Of a stretch of DNA of 64,000 bases, positions 1 to 12,453 are shown in pieces. Source of the stretch: Malacoraja senta (taxonomy: Eukaryota); the NCBI GenBank assembly GCA_038087875.1, contig CM075987.1, positions 17,672,001 through 17,736,000 of the forward strand, written 5' to 3'. Numbering within the stretch: the first letter of the stretch is position 1; each line of letters begins with the position of its first letter. Made by a program: the position numbers and the translations under genes. Under the pieces are notes generated by a model that saw only the letters and a program-made list of their open reading frames with translations, was not told where the DNA came from and made no database searches.

Positions 1-2612
1 TATTCGATTCCTCTTGTTATAAAGGCCAACATGCCATTCGCTTTCTTCACTGCCTGCTGTACCTGCATGCTTACTTTCATAGACTGATGTACAAGGACCC
101 CCAGATCCCATTGTACTTCCCCTTTTCCCAACTTGACGCCATTTTGATAGTAATCTGCCTTCCTGTTTTTGCTACCAAAGTGGACACATTTATCCGTATT
201 AAACTTCATCCGAATTTGGAAACAAATAAAACAAAATTTAAAATTAAGAAATTTATCACTTTTATTACCTATAGTTAATAACCCTTCGTTTAATCCCTCT
301 ATTATAGATAAAGGTTTTACACATTGGGATAGACTAGGAATTAAAACGCTTGGTGACTTGTATGAAACTGGAAAATTACTTTCATTTCAACAATTACAAA
401 TAAAATATAAACTCGGAAATAATCAATATTTTAAATATTTTCAAATATGCGACTATTTGAAAAAATATACAAAAGATCATTATAATAACCCAGTAGATGT
501 ATTGGATGAGGCAATGCAGATAAAAGCTGAATCAGCAAACTTAATATCATATTTGTATAATATTATCTTAAATGTATAAATACCATCTACGGAGGGTATC
601 AGAAGAGACTGGGAACAAGAGTTAGCTATTAAAATTTCAAAGGAAAGTTGGAATGAACACTTATTAAACGTGCATAAATGTTCGATTAATGTAAGACACA
701 CTTTAATACAATTTAAAATTTTACATAGATTATATTATTCGAAAACTAAAATTCATAAAATTTCCCCAAATGTATCATCTATTTGTGATAAATGTCAATC
801 CCAAGAAGCTACTATAGCGCACTCATTCGTTTTCTGTACAAAAATTAAAACATTTTGGAATGAAATTTTTGAAATCTTTACAAAGTTATTTAAATTAAGA
901 CTGATACCCAAAGCAGAATGGATTATCTTCGGAATAACGGAAGATGGCCCAGAACTAAATGTGTTTCAAAAGAAACTAATGGACTATGGGTTAATAACTG
1001 GAAAAAAGCTAATTCTAAAATTTTGGAAGAAGGCTCCAATACCAACTATAAATATGTGGACTTCAAATATGTTCGAAACATTACACCTAGAAGAGATAAG
1101 ACTCCTCCTAGCAGGTAAACCAGATCACTTCCACCTGACGTGGTCTGCATTTATAGAATTATTACAAATATAGGGTGCAAAAGTACTTAAAAAAAAAAAA
1201 TTGAGGTCAGGTAAGGGGGGATGCTAGTTGAAGAGTTGGTATGTCCCATTTACGTAATGCTCATAAAAATATTTGTTTCTCTCTTTTTCCTCTTTCTCTT
1301 TCTCTTTCTTTTCTAGGGTCTATTTCTTAACTCTTTTTCTTTTGTTTTTTAATTTTGCTCTTATAGGGTCTTCGTCCTTTTTTGTTGTCACATTTTCTAC
1401 ACTTTAACTTTTTCCTTCACTTTCTTCTTTCTTTCAATCTTTTCTTTTTCTAGTGTAAAAAATAAATGGAGTACATTAATTGTAAGAAGACATAAGTGAC
1501 GAGTACTAATGTATGTGGTTGTAATGTAATGTACTTCTAATAAATAAAATTAAAGAAAAAAAAAAAAACTTCATCTGCCATGCATCTGCCCACTCCCCCA
1601 ACCTGTCCAAGTCACCCTGCATTCTCATAGCATCCTCCTCACAGTTCACACTGCCACCCAGCTTTGTGTCATCTGCAAAGTTGCTAATGTTACTTTGAAT
1701 CCCTTCATCCAAATCATTGATATATATTGTAAATAGCTGCGGTCCCAGCACCGAGCCTTGCGGTACCCCACTAGTCACTGCCTGCCGTTCTGAAAGGGAC
1801 CTGTTAATCCCAACTCTTTGTTTCCTGTCTGCCAACCACTTCTCTATCCATGTCAGCACTCTACCCCAATACCATGTGCCCTAATTTTGCCCACTAATCC
1901 CCTATGTGAGACCTTATCAAATGCTTTCTGAAAGTCCAGGTACACTACATCCACTGGCTCTCCCTTGTCCATTTTCCTAGTTACATCTTCAAAAAATTCC
2001 AGAAGATTAGTCAAGCATGATTTCCCCTTCGTAAATCCATGCTGACTTGGACCGGTCCTGTTACTGCTATCCAAATGTGCCGCTATCTCATCTTTTATAA
2101 TTGACTCCAGCTTCTTCCCCACCACCGATGTCAGGCTAACTGGTCTATAATTCCCCGTTTTCTCTCTCCCGCCTTTCTTAAAAAGTGGGATAACATTAGC
2201 TACCCTCCAATCCACAGGAACTGATCCTGAGTCTATAGAACATTGGAAAATTATCACCAATGCATCCACGATTTCTAGAGCCACTTCCTTAAGTACCCTG
2301 GGATGCAGACCATCAGGCCCTGGGGATTTATCAGCCTTCAGTCCCATCAGTCTACCCAACACCATTTCCTGCCTAATGTGAATTTCCTTCAGTTCCTCCG
2401 TCACCCCAGATCCTCTGGCCACTACTATATCAGGAAGATTGTTTGTGTCCTCCTTAGTGAAGACAGATCCAAAGTACCTGTTCAACTCATCTGCCATTTC
2501 CTTGTTCACCATAATAAATTCACCAGTTTCTGTCTTCAAGGGTCCAACTTTGGTCTTAACTATTTTTTTCCTCTTCACTTACCTAAAGAAGCTTTTACTA
2601 TCCTGCTTTATA
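1..2612 (-). mobile_element. CR1-type LINE RT fragment, interrupted by an L1 insertion at 211-1565
   Basis: ORFs 1853..2578 and 1506..1859 carry [40 protein letters not shown] and FADDTK motifs. The sequence reads continuously across the L1. Confidence 0.9.
211..1565 (+). mobile_element. 5'-truncated L1 LINE (ORF2 C-terminus, 3'UTR, poly-A) with 10-bp TSD
   Basis: ORFs 169..579 and 670..1173 show the L1 C-terminal cysteine region (CDKCQSQEATIAHSFVFC). AATAAA and a poly-A tail lie at ~1539-1568. AAACTTCATC is duplicated at 201-210 and 1566-1575. Confidence 0.9.
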
Positions 2613-2845
2613 CTCTAACTTCAAATAACCCATTAATTTCCCTCTCTCTCAGTCCCTCCCCCATCCGAGTTCTCCGACTAGTTTCACTGTCCTGATTAAT
2701 TTTTACTGATTTGTCACCTTCCCCTTGGCTAACTTCCCCTTGGCTAACCTCTTGTCACCTTCCCCTTGGCTAACAGTTGTACAGAGCTCTATTGAAGCTG
2801 AGTCCTGAAAAGTGCTATATAAATAAAATCTATTATCATTATTAT

Positions 2846-3422
2846 TGAGACCACACCTGGAGTATTGTGTGCAGTTTTGGACCCCTAATTTGAGGAAGGA
2901 CATTCTTACTATTGAGGGAGTGCAGCGTAGGTTTACAAGGTTAATTCCCGGGATGGTGGGCCTGTCATATGCTGAGAGAATAGAGCAGCTGGGCTTGTAT
3001 ACTCTGGAGTTTAGAAGGATGAGAGGGTATCTTATTGAAACATATAAGATTATTAAGGGTTTGGACATGCTGGAGGCAGGAAACATGTTCCCGATGTTGG
3101 GGGAGTCCAGAACCAGGGTTTAAGAATAAGTACCACAGTTTAAGAATAAGGGGTAAGCCATTTAGAACGGAGACGAGGAAACACTTTTTCACACAGAGAG
3201 TTGTGAGTCTGTGGAATTCTCTGCCTCAGAGGGCAGTGGAGGCAGGTTCTCTGGATACTTTCAAGAGAGAGCTAGATAGGGCTCTTAAAGATAGCGGAGT
3301 CAGGGGATATGGGGAGAAGGCAGGAACGGGGTACTGATTGTGGATGATCAGCCATGATCACATTGAATGGCGGTGCTGGCTCGAAGGGCCGAATGGCCTA
3401 CTCCTGCACCTATTGTCTATTG
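2846..3422 (+). mobile_element. CR1 3' fragment
   Basis: [11 protein letters not shown]...TRGHSLRI...FFTQRVVSLWNSLP, ending in a (CTATTGT)n tail. Confidence 0.85.
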
Positions 3423-4548
3423 AACCATTCTACATTTTCCTCTGATCATCGTCCCCTTTGATCTGTGTTTTCGCACCTTTCCCTTCCATATCTCTGTGTC
3501 TCCCTCTCCTCTGACTCAGTCTGAAGAAAGGCTCGACCCAAAACGTCACCCATTCCTTCTCTCCAGAGATGCTGCCTGTCCCGCATTTTGTGTCTATATT
3601 TTGTCTGTAGAAGGACTTGGACATGTTGGGAGAGTGGGCAGAGAAGTGGCAGATGGATTCAGCAGAGCAAAGTGCGCAGTCATGTGCTTTGTTAGTAGGA
3701 ATAAATGAGGTGAGGACTCAGATATCAGAGGTGCAAAGGGAACAAGATATCGGAGGTGCATTTGGAGTTTCAAGGACGGTTTGAGCCCCATATCTGAGGA
3801 GCGATGTGCCCGCATCCAGAGGAGGTTTATGAGAATGATCCCAGGAATGATTAGTTTATCATATAACAAGTGTTTGACAGCACTGGGCCTGTACTCGCTA
3901 CAGTTTACAAGGTTGAGGGGGGGACCTCATTGAAACTTACTGAAAGGCTTGGATAAAGTGGATGTGGAGAGGATGTTGCCAATAGTGGGAGAGTCTGGGA
4001 CCAGAGGGCGCAGCCTCAGAATAAAAGGATGTACCTTTAGAAAGGAGATGGGGAGGAATTCCTTTAGCCAGAAGGTGGTGAATCTTTGCCACAGAAAGCT
4101 GTGGAGGCCAAGTCATTAGGTATTTTTAAAGCAGAGATTGACTGGTTCACAATTCAAGGGTCACGGGGGGAAGGCAAGGGAATGGGGTTGTGAGTAAAAA
4201 ACTTGACCTGCACGTCTCCCTTCAAACTTTGCCCCTCTCTTATTTAAAGCTACACCCTCTAGAGTTGGACATTTCCATCCTGGGACAGTCTAGTCTATCT
4301 ATGTATCTCCTCATTTTATAAACTTCTATCAGTTCTCCGCTCAACCTCCACCGTTCCAGAGAACAACAATCCAGGTCAGTCCAGCCTCTCCCTGTGGCTA
4401 ATATCCACTTTGGCAGCAAAAACAGGAAGGCAGATTACATAGGCAGTGACGCGTGGCCTCGCGCGGCGTCGCAGCATTTTGTGATGTACAAAATCTTCGC
4501 ACGCCATCTGTGTGATGCGCAAATGACGGCCAAGTGGGACAGGCCCTT

Positions 4549-4902
4549 AAGGGTTAGGACACGCTAGAGGCAGGAAACATGTTCCCGATGTTGGGGGAGT
4601 CCAGAACCAGGGGCCACAGTTTAAGAATACGGAGTAAGCCATTTAGAACGGAGACGAGGAAACACTTTTTCTCACAGAGAGTGGTGAGTCTGTGGAATTC
4701 TCTGCCTCAGAGGGCGGTGGAGGCAGGTTCTCTGGATGCTTTCAAGAGAGAGCTAGATAGGGCTCTTAAAAATAGCGGAGTCAGGGGATATGGGGAGAAG
4801 GCAGGAACAGGGCACTGATTGTGAATGATCAGCCATGATAATATTGAATGGCGGTGCTGGCTCGAAGGGCCGAATGGCCTACTCCTGCACCTATTGTCTA
4901 TT
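4549..4902 (+). mobile_element. CR1 3' end
   Basis: ORF 4579..4818 matches the CR1 C-terminus and is followed by a CTATTGTCTATTG tail. Confidence 0.85.
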
Positions 4903-5666
4903 GCCACTGATATGTTGCTTGGGTGGTGTGTGGGCAATGCCAGTGATATGTTGCTTGGGTGGTGTGTGGGCAATGCCAGTGATATGTTGCTTGGGTGGTG
5001 TGTGGGCAATGCCAGTGATATGTTGCTTGGGTGGTGTGTGGGCAATGTCAGTGATATGTTGCTTGGGTGGTGTGTGGGCAATGCCAGTGATATGTTGCTT
5101 GGGTGGTGTGTGGGCAATGTCAGTGATATGTTGCTTGGGTGGTGTGTGGGCAATGCCAGTGATATGTTGCTTGGGTGGTGTGTGGGCAATGTCAGTGATA
5201 TGTTGCTTGGGTGGTGTGTGGGCAATGCCAGTGATATGTTGCTTGGGTGGTGTGTGGGCAATGTCAGTGATATGTTGCTTGGGTGGTGTGTGGGCAATGC
5301 CAGTGATATGTTGCTTGGGTGGTGTGTGGGCAATGCCAGTGATATGTTGCTTGGGTGGTGTGTGGGCAATGCCAGTGATATGTTGCTTGGGTGGTGTGTG
5401 GGCAATGCCAGTGATATGTTGCTTGGGTGGTGTGTGGGCAATGCCAGTGATATGTTGCTTGGGTGGTGTGTGGGCAATGCCAGTGATATGTTGCTTGGGT
5501 GGTGTGTGGGCAATGCCAGTGATATGTTGCTTGGGTGGTGTGTGGGCAATGCCAGTGATATGTTGCTTGGGTGGTGTGTGGGCAATGCCAGTGATATGTT
5601 GCTTGGGTGGTGTGTGGGCAATGCCAGTGATATGTTGCTTGGGTGGTGTGTGGGCAATGCCAGTGA
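4903..5666. repeat. 36-bp minisatellite, ~21 near-identical copies
   Basis: Unit GCCAGTGATATGTTGCTTGGGTGGTGTGTGGGCAAT, head-to-tail with no spacers. A GCC/GTC variant appears in some units. Confidence 0.97.
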
Positions 5667-5700
5667 CTGCGATGCACTAACACTGATCTTTGTTTCACAG

Positions 5701-5778
5701 GCCTGTATTAACGCCAAGTGTGAGAACGTAGCCGCGTTGCATGTGGGAAGCTGCCACAAGACCTGTAACAACAATGGG
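5701..5778 (+). CDS. ADAM gene A, internal exon (end of Cys-rich domain / start of EGF-like domain)
   Basis: Acceptor tttgtttcacag, donor GTAGG, 78 nt, phase 0/0. Encodes ACINAKCENVAALHVGSCHKTCNNNG, the typical ADAM C-x4-C...C-x3-C-x3-G pattern. Confidence 0.9.
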
Positions 5779-6584
5779 GTAGGACATTGATCATCTCAGT
5801 CATTGCCACCCAGGATCAATGGACAGGGGAGGGACGGCAATTACATTAGTTTACCCATGGTGCTGCAGACTGACTCTTCATTAGTTCCATGTCAAACGTG
5901 ACGGGGAGAGAGCGGGAGAATGGGGTCCAGAGGGAAAGATAGATCAGCCATGATGGAAGACGGAGTAGACGCGATGGGCCGAATGGCCTAATTCAGCCCA
6001 CTGAGTCCCCGCTGACCATCGATCATCCGTTCTCACTAGTTCTCATCCACTCCCCACGCACCAGGTCAATTTACAAATCAACTAATGAGACCACAAACCC
6101 GCACCCGCGGTTACAAGGAGAACGTGCAAACTCCACACACACAGACAGCAGCTCTACCCACTGCACCATTGTGCCGTACTTGCACTTGCATGTAGACCTC
6201 CATCCAGTGCTGTTTACAAGAGCATTCTCAAAACGCTTGCCGTTGTGTTATATGACAGAAGGTGATTGTAGATTACCCCTTATTAATCCTTGCCATTTAT
6301 AATCTCCACTACACATATATGCCAGCCACCCATTACATGGTATTACGGTACTACATAGTACTACACTAACAAGGTCAGCCAGCTCCCAGAAGCCACGCCG
6401 AGCTGGGTACAAACGGCTGGCAGTTTAAATGTTCTGGATTACTTATGGAATAAAGACTAATCTTTCACTATGTGTTCTCCAGAGATGCTGCTTGACCTGT
6501 TGGTTACTCGACCGGCTGTAAGCCTGTGTTTCTATGTAAACGTGTGTTGCATGGCTGCTGATATCAGGTATGTTTTTGTTCCAG

Positions 6585-6699
6585 GTGTGTAACAATAATG
6601 GCAACTGTTACTGTGATCGGGGCTGGTCTCCTCCTTACTGCAATTCCAGCGGGACGGGCGGCAGTCTCGACAGTGGGCCAGAGCCAGCTGAACAACCAG
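6585..6699 (+). CDS. ADAM gene A, EGF-like domain exon
   Basis: Acceptor tgtttttgttccag, donor GTACAC, phase 0/1. Encodes [38 protein letters not shown], which contains the ADAM hallmark VCN..NCxC..GWxPPxC...GGSxDSGP. Confidence 0.93.
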
Positions 6700-7088
6700 G
6701 TACACAGCACGCTACAGCACGTCAATGGCCTGTTGTGTCTGTCCGAGTCTATGGTCATTACTGTCAGTACTGTGTCTGTGGTCATTATTGTCTCTGGACT
6801 GAGTCTGTGGTTCGTTCAAGCCTAGGTTGGAATGACAATAAATAGCATATCATCATGGTCATCATTGTCTGGACTGAGTCTAGAGTCATTACTGTCACAT
6901 GTCACTGGACAAGCTAGATGCAGGACATTTTTTCCCAATGTTGGGCGAGTCCAGAACCAGGGGCCACAGTCTTAGAATAAAGGGGAGGCCATTTAAGACT
7001 GAGGTGAGAACAAACTTTTTCACCCAGAGAGTTGTGAATTTGTGGAATTCCCTGCCACAGAGGGCAGTGGAGGCCAAATCAATGGATG

Positions 7089-7288
7089 NNNNNNNNNNNN
7101 NNNNNNNNNNNNNNNNNNNNNNNNNNNNNNNNNNNNNNNNNNNNNNNNNNNNNNNNNNNNNNNNNNNNNNNNNNNNNNNNNNNNNNNNNNNNNNNNNNNN
7201 NNNNNNNNNNNNNNNNNNNNNNNNNNNNNNNNNNNNNNNNNNNNNNNNNNNNNNNNNNNNNNNNNNNNNNNNNNNNNNNNNNNNNNNN
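7089..7288. other. Assembly gap (200 N) flanked by CR1 fragments in opposite orientations
   Basis: Run of N; CR1 on + at ~6903-7088 and CR1 on - at ~7289-7377. Confidence 0.99.
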
Positions 7289-8506
7289 CAAGGATGTCCT
7301 TCCTCAAATTAGGAGACCAAAACTGTACACAATACTCCAGATGTGGTCCCACCAGAGCCCTATACAACTGCAGAAGCACCCTTGTGTGAAAAAGTTGCCC
7401 CTCAGATTCCTGCTAAACCTTTTCCTCCATCACCTTAAACCTATGTCCTCTGGTCCTCGATTCCCCTACTCTGGGCAAGAGACTCTGTGCATCTACCCGA
7501 TCTATTCCTCTCATGATTTTATACACTGTGCCAAAAAAAAAATCTTGTTGATAGTTTTCAACTTTGAAATGTTACTGATGGAAAAATCTTTGTGCTGGAG
7601 GAACTCGGTGGGGTCAAGGGCCAAGTGTGTTTAATTGTCACGTGAAACAATGACATTCTTACTTGCTGCGCTTTACAGGCCCGTTAATGCAATAACACAC
7701 TTATAAAGTTGAATACAAAAATTAATAATCAATTATACGAGATAGCCAAAATGGTGCAAAACCAAATTCTGCAGACAAAGATAGTTGTCACTGAGGTTAG
7801 TGCAGTGAATGAATGAATGGATAAGTTTATTGACCAAGTATTCACATACAAGGAATTTGCTTTGGTGCTCTGCCCACAAGTGACAACATGACATACCGTG
7901 ACAGTTAGCAATGACACATAAACCATTAAACATTAATAATAAAACATTATCGATTAAACATGTGAATTAAATAAAATACCAGAAAAGAAAGGAAGCTACA
8001 TATTTTTGGTTATTGAGTAGAGCTACTACTCGTGGATAAAAAGCTGTTTTTATGTCTGGCTGTGGCAGCTTTGACAATCGGAGTCGTCTTCCAGAGGGAA
8101 GTGATTCAAAGAGTTTGTGGCCAGGGTGAGAGGGGTCAGAGATGATCTTGCCCGCTCGCTTCCTGGCCCTTGCAGTGTACAGTTCATGAATGGAGGGAAG
8201 GTTGGTGCCAACAACCTGATCAACAGCCCGATGGTCACTGCAACAAGCTGTTCTTCGACTCAGTCCCGCAGCATCAGTGGAGAGAATGGGACAGAGAACT
8301 GGGTCTGAAGAAGGGTCTCAACTCAAAACGTCGTCTGCCCACTCCCTCCACAGATGCTGCCTGACCCGCTGAGTTCCTCCACACTTTGTGTTTTGCTCAG
8401 GATTCCAGTGTTTTGCTTATTTCAACAACGATGAAATATCTTGTGTCTCCATCTGAACGTGAAACTCCCATTGCTGGTTCACTGATGCACGCTGTCTGTG
8501 TTGAAG

Positions 8507-8808
8507 GCAGGCATGCCATGCTCAGCCTGTGGTGTGGGTTGTGCAGTGTGGCAGACAGGGTCACTGCTGGCCTAGCCTGGGCCGTAGTCCACTCCCCACT
8601 GGCTCTGGCCACTCCCCACTGGCCACTGGCCACTCCCACTGGCCACTCCCCACTGGCTCTAGCCACTCCCCACTGGTCACTCCCCACTGGCCACTCCCCA
8701 CTGGCCACTCCCCACTGCCTCTGGCCACTCCCCATTGGTCACTCCCCACTGGCCACTCCCCACTGCCTCTGGCCACTCTGTCTCTACAGTGGGTCAGGTA
8801 GCCATTGA
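8507..8808 (+). CDS. Candidate terminal exon of ADAM gene A
   Basis: Branch-like CACTGAT and acceptor gctgtctgtgttgaag. The frame is compatible with the phase-1 donor at 6699 and open to TGA at 8806-8808. Three poly(A) signals follow. No protein homology is recognisable. Confidence 0.35.
8589..8778. repeat. Degenerate (GGCCACTCCCCACT)n repeat
   Basis: About 12 copies of CCACTCCCCACTGG variants. Confidence 0.9.
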
Positions 8809-8865
8809 GGCAAGAGTCTCACATGTACTGACATGGAACCATGAAGTTCTTACATGTTGAATCTT

Positions 8866-8905
8866 AATAAATGTGTACACAATAATACAAATATTAAAGA
8901 ATAAA
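8866..8905 (+). terminator. Cluster of polyadenylation signals
   Basis: AATAAA 8866-8871, ATTAAA 8893-8898 and AATAAA 8900-8905, in sequence not recognised as TE. Confidence 0.4.
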
Positions 8906-9405
8906 CAAAAACAATTGAATGAATGAATAATGGCGGTTCTCACCATCATGGATCAAGGCATCGTGTATGATCAATGTCGCAGCTTGTTCCAGATATCGAC
9001 CACCTTGTGTGAACAGGTGGCCCTCTGTTGCCCCTGAGGTCTCTCCGACACCTCTCCCCCTCACTGTGAGCCTCTGCCTTGTACCACCACCACCCCCTGT
9101 GCCCTTTAGTTTTAGAATCATAGTGCAGTTTAGTTATTGTCACGTGTACGAGCTACAGAGAAGAGCTTTTTTGTTGTGTGTTATCCAGTCAGCGGAGAGA
9201 CTATATATGATTATAATCCAGCTGCCCACAGTGTACGGATCCAGAATAAAGGGAATAACGTTTAGTGAGTGGAGATTAAGAAGAACGTACTGTAGTTAGA
9301 GCAAGAAATGCTACTCTACCCTGGAGAAGAGACTGAGAGTGTTCACTTTATCCATGCCTCTCATGATCTTGTACACCTCCATAAGGTCACCCCTCAGCCT
9401 CTTAA

Positions 9406-9879
9406 GGGGCTGTCCCACTTGGGCGACCTAATCCGCGAGTTCTGACGAGTTTGCCCTCGACTCACTCTCGCAGCATGGTCGACACGAGGTCCTGGGAGGT
9501 CTTTGTAACTCTCCTTCATGCTCGAGAGTAGTCCCCGCGTACTCGAGGCCTCAGCCAGGTCGCAGCGTATTTTTCAACATGCTGAAAATGCCCGCGAGTA
9601 TAAAAAGGTCGCCTTGGAAAAAACCGGTACTTTTTTTACTCGTAGGTTTAGTCGTAGTAGGTCGGCATGTTAGTCGTAGGTAATCGAGGGAAGTCGAAGG
9701 AGGTCGTCTTCACTCTCCACTATTCGGTGTCCAATTTTGCCGAAGTTAGTCGTAGCAAGTCGAAGCTAGTCTTCAACATAGTTGAAGGAGGTCGAAGGAG
9801 GTCTTCAACATGACATTTTTTCAAACACTCCAAAACTCTTCTAAACTCACCAATAAGGTCGCCCAAGTGGGACAGCCTC
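9406..9879. mobile_element. PIF/Harbinger-type MITE
   Basis: TIRs GGGGCTGTCCCACTTGGGCGACCT and AGGTCGCCCAAGTGGGACAGCCTC, with TAA on both sides (9403-9405, 9880-9882). Related right ends (AAGTGGGACAGGCCC) occur at ~4532-4546 and ~35983-35997. Confidence 0.8.
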
Positions 9880-10727
9880 TAAACACCACAACAAAGACGT
9901 GCAGGTTTGCAGGTTAATTGTCTTTAGTCCAATTGTAAATTGTCCCTAGTGTGTGGAGGATAGTGTTAGTGTGTCAGCGTGGACTCGATGGGCTGAAGGG
10001 CCTGTTTCCGGGCTGTGTCTTTAAATAAACTAAATCTCTAGACAATTGGGCCCCACGCTTTAACTCAAGCCCACAGGCCGAGGAACCCCCTGGTTTGATG
10101 GTCTTAGACAGCTTCACCCCAATATCCGCAGGCCCCGCCCCCTGGTGCATCTCTGGTGCATCTCTGAGAGACTAGGGGCAACTGAAAGTCGGGTATCCAG
10201 GAGGCAGCATTGAACATCGACACCCAGAGGACCTGCAGCTCAGCTCCACACATCCATTAGAGGGAGTACAGAGAAGGTTCACCAGACTGATTCCTGGGAT
10301 GTCAGGACTTTCATATGAAGAAAGACTGGATAGACTCGGCTTGTACTCGCTGGAATTTAGAAGATTGAGGGGGGATCTTATAGAAACGTACAAAATTCTT
10401 AAGAGGTTGGACAGGCTAGATGCAGGAAGTTTTGTTCCCGATGTTGGGGAAGTCCAGAACAAGGGGGTCACAGTTTAAGGATAAGGGGGAAGTCTTTTAG
10501 GACCGAGATGAGAGGAAACTGGGCCTTCGTAGATCAATATACAACAGTGTCTGTGCTCAACATGATGCCATCTCATACCTGCCTGCACCTGATCCATAAC
10601 CCTCCAGTCCCTGTATATCCATGAGCCTATACAAAGCCTCAAACACCACGATCGTATCTGCCTTCACCACCACCCCTGGCAGCGCGTTCCAGGCAAACAC
10701 CACCTTCTGTGTAAGAAATGGTGTCCG

Positions 10728-10758
<31 letters not shown>

Positions 10759-11607
10759 GTGATCAGACCTGTGTCTCTGTGTCTGTCCTGTAATCAGACC
10801 TGTGTCTGGGTCTCGCTCTGTGATCAGACCTGACTGGGTCGCTCCCGAACTGTGGGTCATAAGGTCATGTGATAGGAGTAGAATTAGGCCATTCGGCCCT
10901 TCAAGACTACTCCACCATTCAATCATCTAGCTTTCAAGAGAGAGTTAAATTGGGCTCTTAAAAATAGCGGAGTCAGGGGATATGCGGAGAGGGCAGGAAC
11001 GGGGTACTGATTGGGGATGATCAGCCATGATCACATTGGAATGGTGGTGCTGGCTCAAAGGGCCAAATGGCCTACTCCTGCACCTATTGTCACATTCTCT
11101 ATTATCTATCTCTCCTCTTAACCCTATTCTTCCCTTAAACCCTGACACTCGTACTAATCAAGAGTCTCTCTCTCTATCTCCCTGTGTTCAGAGCTGTGTG
11201 TGTCTCTGTGATCAGACCTCGGTGGCAGTGTGAACTGTGAGGAGAATGCTATGATCATATTGAATGGCGGTGCAGGCTTGAAGGCCGAATGGCCTACTCC
11301 TGCACCTATTTTTCTATGTTTCTATCCCTTGCTACACCACTACTGTCCACAGAGCGGTCGGCTGGGCAGGAGGTTGTCGGAGTTCAGGACACAGACAGCT
11401 CAGGAATAAAGGCGTAGACTATCTTCTAAATGTGGGGGCGAATTCAGAAATCGGAGATGCAAAGGGACTTGGGAGCGCTGGTACAGGATTCACAAAAAAG
11501 TTAACCTGTGAGTTGAATCGGTAGTAAGGAAGGCAAATGCAATGCTAACGTTTATTTGAGAGGATTAGATTACAAAACAGGGATGTAATAATGCCGAGGC
11601 TCAATAT

Positions 11608-12041
11608 CAGGGGTTGGCAACCTCCGGCCCACGGGCCGAATCTGGGCCATAACCCAAAATCATCCGGACCGCAGGCGGGGTTTTTTCCAATTCGTTTTTT
11701 GCGACCTGGGAACTGCAGCCAGTCCCGGGGACGCGAGCTGATCTGGGAACTGTAGCACGTCCCGTGACACCGCAGGCGACCTGGGCGCTACTGCCAGTCC
11801 CGAGGACGCGAGCTGATCTGGGGAACTGTAGCACGTCCCGGGACACGCAGGCGACCTGGGCGCTACTGCCAGTCCCGAGGCAGGCGAGGGACCTGGGAAC
11901 TGCAGAAAACTATTTGGAAAAACACGTGAAAACTAATGCGAGAAACAAGACCAAGTGTCACACTATGGCGATAGATGTGGCCCGCCACCCGCTCACAAAC
12001 ATGGATCCTGGCCCCTATGCAGAACAAGGTTGCCCACCCTG
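11608..12041. mobile_element. hAT-type MITE inserted in a CR1
   Basis: TIRs CAGGGGTTGGCAACCT and AGGTTGCCCACCCTG. Degenerate 8-bp TSD ctcaatat/ctctataa (6/8 match). Internal ~55-bp subrepeats. Confidence 0.8.
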
Positions 12042-12184
12042 CTCTATAAGGCACTAGTCAGGCCGCATGTGTGGAGTATTGTGAACAATTTTGGGCATCA
12101 TATCTGAGGAAGGATGTGTTGATTTTGGAGAGGGTCCAGATGAGGTTTACAGAGTGACCCGCAGGAATGAGTGGGGTTAACCTA

Positions 12185-12453
12185 GTGCGGCTCTGCGGTT
12201 TGCAGCCCCTAGACTGTGGAACAGCATCCTCTTTCCATCAGAACTGCCCCCTCCATCGACTCTTTTAAGTCAAGACTAAAAACTTATCTATACTCCCAAG
12301 CCTTTCCTGACATCCTCTGAGTGAGGGCTACATGTATATATGTATGTAGTTTGTTTTGTTTATGCTATTCTTATAACAAATGTAAAGCACTTTGGCCAAC
12401 GAGAGTTGTTTTTTAAATGTGCTATATAAATAAATGTGACTTGACTTGACTTG
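12185..12453 (+). mobile_element. L2-like LINE 3' end inserted in a CR1
   Basis: APRLWNS...SFKSRLKTYL-like coding end, followed by GTGCTATATAAATAAA and a (TGACT)n tail. Confidence 0.65.

Noticed and set aside
4903..5666. 36-bp repeats as a CRISPR array or a repeat protein (ORFs 4707..5774, 4825..5790)
   Set aside because: There are no unique spacers or cas genes, and the context is a eukaryotic intron. The ORFs exist only because the unit length is a multiple of 3.
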